Positions 60,916-64,000 of a stretch of DNA of 64,000 nucleotides are shown one piece after another. Source of the stretch: Hydrolagus colliei (Eukaryota); contig CM068744.1 of assembly GCA_035084275.1 (NCBI GenBank), positions 27,838,001-27,902,000 of the forward strand, in the 5' to 3' direction. The stretch's first letter is position 1, and every line of letters begins with the position of its first letter. The position numbers and the translations under genes were made by a program. The notes beneath the pieces are model-generated. The model made no database searches. It was not told where the DNA came from and saw only the letters and a program-made list of their open reading frames with translations.

Positions 60916-63514
60916 GCAGGTGTGTCTCTTTTTCTGATTAAAAAAAAAAGCAGTGTGATCTTGACAAACATGCTTTGAAGATGTTTTGTGGTGCTCTGCT
61001 GCACAATGTACTGTACCAACATGGGCCAAGAATGTTGTAAACATACCCTGTTCAACAAGGTATCATGTTGGTTGGTACTGGTTTAAAAAATCACATTTTT
61101 TGTTATTGAACTGATTTATCACACACAACTTACGTTGAAATCTGTCTTTTATTTAAAAAAAACTATTCATAGCGACTGCACAATATTTCCTATCGTATTC
61201 GTTTTAATGATTCTGATTTGAAATCTGCATTTAGAGACTGACTGCCTGCCTGCCTGCAGTCAGTCCCAAAGGTAGCAATTATCATCAGGACTCGCTGTAT
61301 TTAAAGGGGCTTCATCACAATGTGGGGGAGTTTACACAATGTGCTCCAAAGCACAGCCAGCAAATTGACGCTTGGGAAACCTTGCCCTACAGCAAATGCT
61401 GTATATGCCGGAGTTGAATACACTATTTATCGATTTTTTCTGAGCCCCATCATTTTCTTCCTCTTTCCCCTCACTGCATTACGCTTTTTTTTTACTGATA
61501 GCAGTTGTTCTCACTGGAATAGTGAGAACATGGGTGCCTGAAGCTTTATGGGACATCAGCCAACTATTCCTTATTCACTGTGAGTTCTGAAGTCAGTGTT
61601 TTCAACCAGGGGCGAATCACAAACAAGCTTGATTATGTCCATGCTGAGGCGCTATTAATTGCATACGTTGGCCTACAAAATACAGTCGCTGCACTTTATA
61701 GTAATTTTATGAGACATTTAGACGATTTGTTAAGGCTCTGTATGCAATGTAAGGATTACTATTAGGACCAGCAATCCTGTCCTATTGTTTTCACTCTAGG
61801 ATCAGGCCAATTATATAAAACACACTTGTTGTCTCCCTTGGTTTCATAGCTATTCAGCATATAACTCAGCAATTGAATATGGGATTTTCCTGGTGTGGAC
61901 AACAACAACAACAAATCACATTTAGCGTGAGGACATCCCATGACGCTGCACCACACCATTGGGCGTATTTACCTTTATTGCCTTGTGTCATCACATCAAC
62001 CATCATTTTGCAAATGGGGCATTTTGTTTTTCAACATTTATTTTTGGTTCGAAGAAAAGCAGGCAGCTCCTAAAAGTTTTATAGAAGGAAATCGCATGCC
62101 TTAAACATGCGTCATGGAGAATTTAAAATGAGGGTTTGTCCTGTGATCTCCTATTCTTGGTTTACACTGTCAGGTGTCTGAGCTGAACAGAAACCAGGCA
62201 CTTCCCACAGGGAGTGAAGGAGGTATATTTACCCAGTGAGTCACCCAGCGATACAATCACATATCTCCTTGTGTCTGTCTCCAGTACAGCATTAATCTGC
62301 CAGCAGATTGCAAGGCTGACCTATCATTTGGGAATGCTGTGGGCCACTGGAGATGGAAAGAGGGAAAACAAAATTACAATAGAGACAGGAAAAAAAGAAA
62401 CAAAATCAAGGACTTTCACAATCAAGGGGAAGAAATTCCATCTTTGTCTTGATTTACTCTAATAACATAGCATCTCAGAGTCTGCAGAATTTGACAAATT
62501 ATCTTTACATTCCAGCTAATTTTCCAGGATTTAAAAAATGAAACCAATAATATCCAGCTTCAAAATTGAAGGGTATATTTAAGAATTTTGGACAAATCCT
62601 GGATGTTCTAAAGTGTTACATTAATGGAGTATGCAATGATTCTGAGTTATTCCTTTTTTAAGTTGTATAGGTTAGGGGGTAAATTAATGAAGTATATGTT
62701 AATATATTCATATGATTGATATTCTGAGTTATTCTTATATCTTATTGGGTCAAATCTATTGTCTGGTGTTGTACTCAGCCATGTAAATCAGAGCCCTAAT
62801 GGGTAGTACAATTGGACAAGCAATGGAAAGCTTGTGATTTTAGCTGGTTAAGCAGTACCCGCATTGCACACTCTGGGGTCCCCAACCCTTTGGTTCTCGT
62901 CAATCTCTACCTAATGCTATGTGAAATTAGCTCAGCAGGGTGTACTGTTCGCAGGAGAGTTTGTGCTCTCATTCCAGTCACAGAAAAATATCCATTTGTG
63001 GGTGGCAGACATATGTGGAACTCTCAAGTCTAGTTTGGATACTCTTCAGAATTGGCGGTGGGTTTCTGCATGTGCTAGGCATATGTTACAGTGCTATTAA
63101 AAATGCTTTAACTGAAATTGATGTTATGAATGTATCTTTGCACTTTTATTTGTGAGGTCATAATTCTATATGTCATTATACATTGTTCTTTTGCTAAAAG
63201 CTTTCCACCAGAATTGTAAGTTGCATTATTGGAGGCAACCAAAGTGGAAAACCAAACTCGTAAAACACCCTGGAACTCCTATTCAGAAGGTTTGAAGCTG
63301 AAGGAACATTGCAGTCTTGCAGAGAGGTTGCAGCAGTGACTGAGCTTTCTCTTTGTTCTGAGGCTGAATTGAAACTTTATTGTGCTCACGTGTGAAGGGC
63401 TCAGGAACAGAGCAGCAGAATTCTGGAGGACTGTGAACCTGCAAGTCGTATCAGTTGGGACCAAACATTTAATATGATTTATTGAAGATGTGAGTTATAT
63501 GAAACTTATATAAG

Positions 63515-63782
63515 AATAATAATAATAATCCTTGCAATTGATGTAGCGCCATATCACATCTTCTAGACGTCTCAGATAGCTTCACAGAATATACTGTAAA
63601 GTGAATTGACTGTACTCTATATATCCACAAACAGTCGTGGATTGAAATTACTAATTTTTTTGAGAGAGATTATTATTGGGCATGTGGAGTAAAGAAACTT
63701 GCCAAGGTTTCGCCCTGCCTGGAATTGAATCCAGGTCTCGCTTGTAAGGCGAGTGCTCTAACCAATGAGCTGCAGGATTCCA
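63515..63782 (-). mobile_element. tRNA-derived SINE, short subfamily
   Basis: Reverse-complement head GGAATCCTGCAGCTCATTGGTTAGAGCACTCGCCTTACAAGCGAG; (TTA)n tail. Confidence 0.9.
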
Positions 63783-64000
63783 CGTAAATAATAAACGGCA
63801 GGGTGAACCTTCCAAGCAAAGTATCTGGTTGGTCCAGCAAGAATGTCTGTTCGTTCTGACAGCGGAGTGCTATAATATCATGCAGATGGCCCTGTTGCTC
63901 ATGCAAAACTTGTAGCGAGGCAACTGATACCTTTTGCGGCAGCTGAATTAGTGAACCCAGAGCAACCATTTAAAAGTCCCCAAATTGAATCCACGTCTTA

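Noticed and set aside
61236-61265. 10-bp hairpin GACTGACTGC / GCAGTCAGTC
   Set aside because: Short and built from tetranucleotide microsatellite units.
1-64000. Prokaryotic or viral system (operon, defence island, endogenous virus)
   Set aside because: No long ORFs, operon structure or viral motifs; composition and repeats are those of a vertebrate intronic or intergenic region.

Overview
This is vertebrate nuclear DNA, not prokaryotic. The repeat content (abundant L2 and CR1 LINE pieces, a tRNA-headed SINE ending in (TTA)n, Deu-domain SINEs, Penelope terminal fragments) points to a cartilaginous fish, possibly a chimaera; that assignment is inference. Much of the window is decayed transposon sequence, and nearly all ORFs in the supplied track are noise or TE fragments. 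I can name no intact host gene. Best-supported structures: (1) at 1.6-6.5 kb, two stacks of nested DNA transposons with readable TIRs and TSDs: a TA-flanked Tigger-like MITE holding a hAT MITE, and a CACTA/EnSpm-like element holding a CR1 that holds a BED-finger hAT relic; (2) a CpG-rich 2.2-kb TIR element at 14.9-17.2 kb with an apparent 5-bp TSD; (3) Penelope fragments with degenerate hammerhead ribozyme cores; (4) a roughly 10-kb TE-free, microsatellite-rich island at 46.8-56.5 kb containing candidate minus-strand alternative C-terminal exons and a polyA signal of an unidentified gene. I found no evidence for a genuinely new biological system; the findings are leads. Family names come from recalled consensus features, not database searches. 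Boundaries of decayed repeats are approximate.
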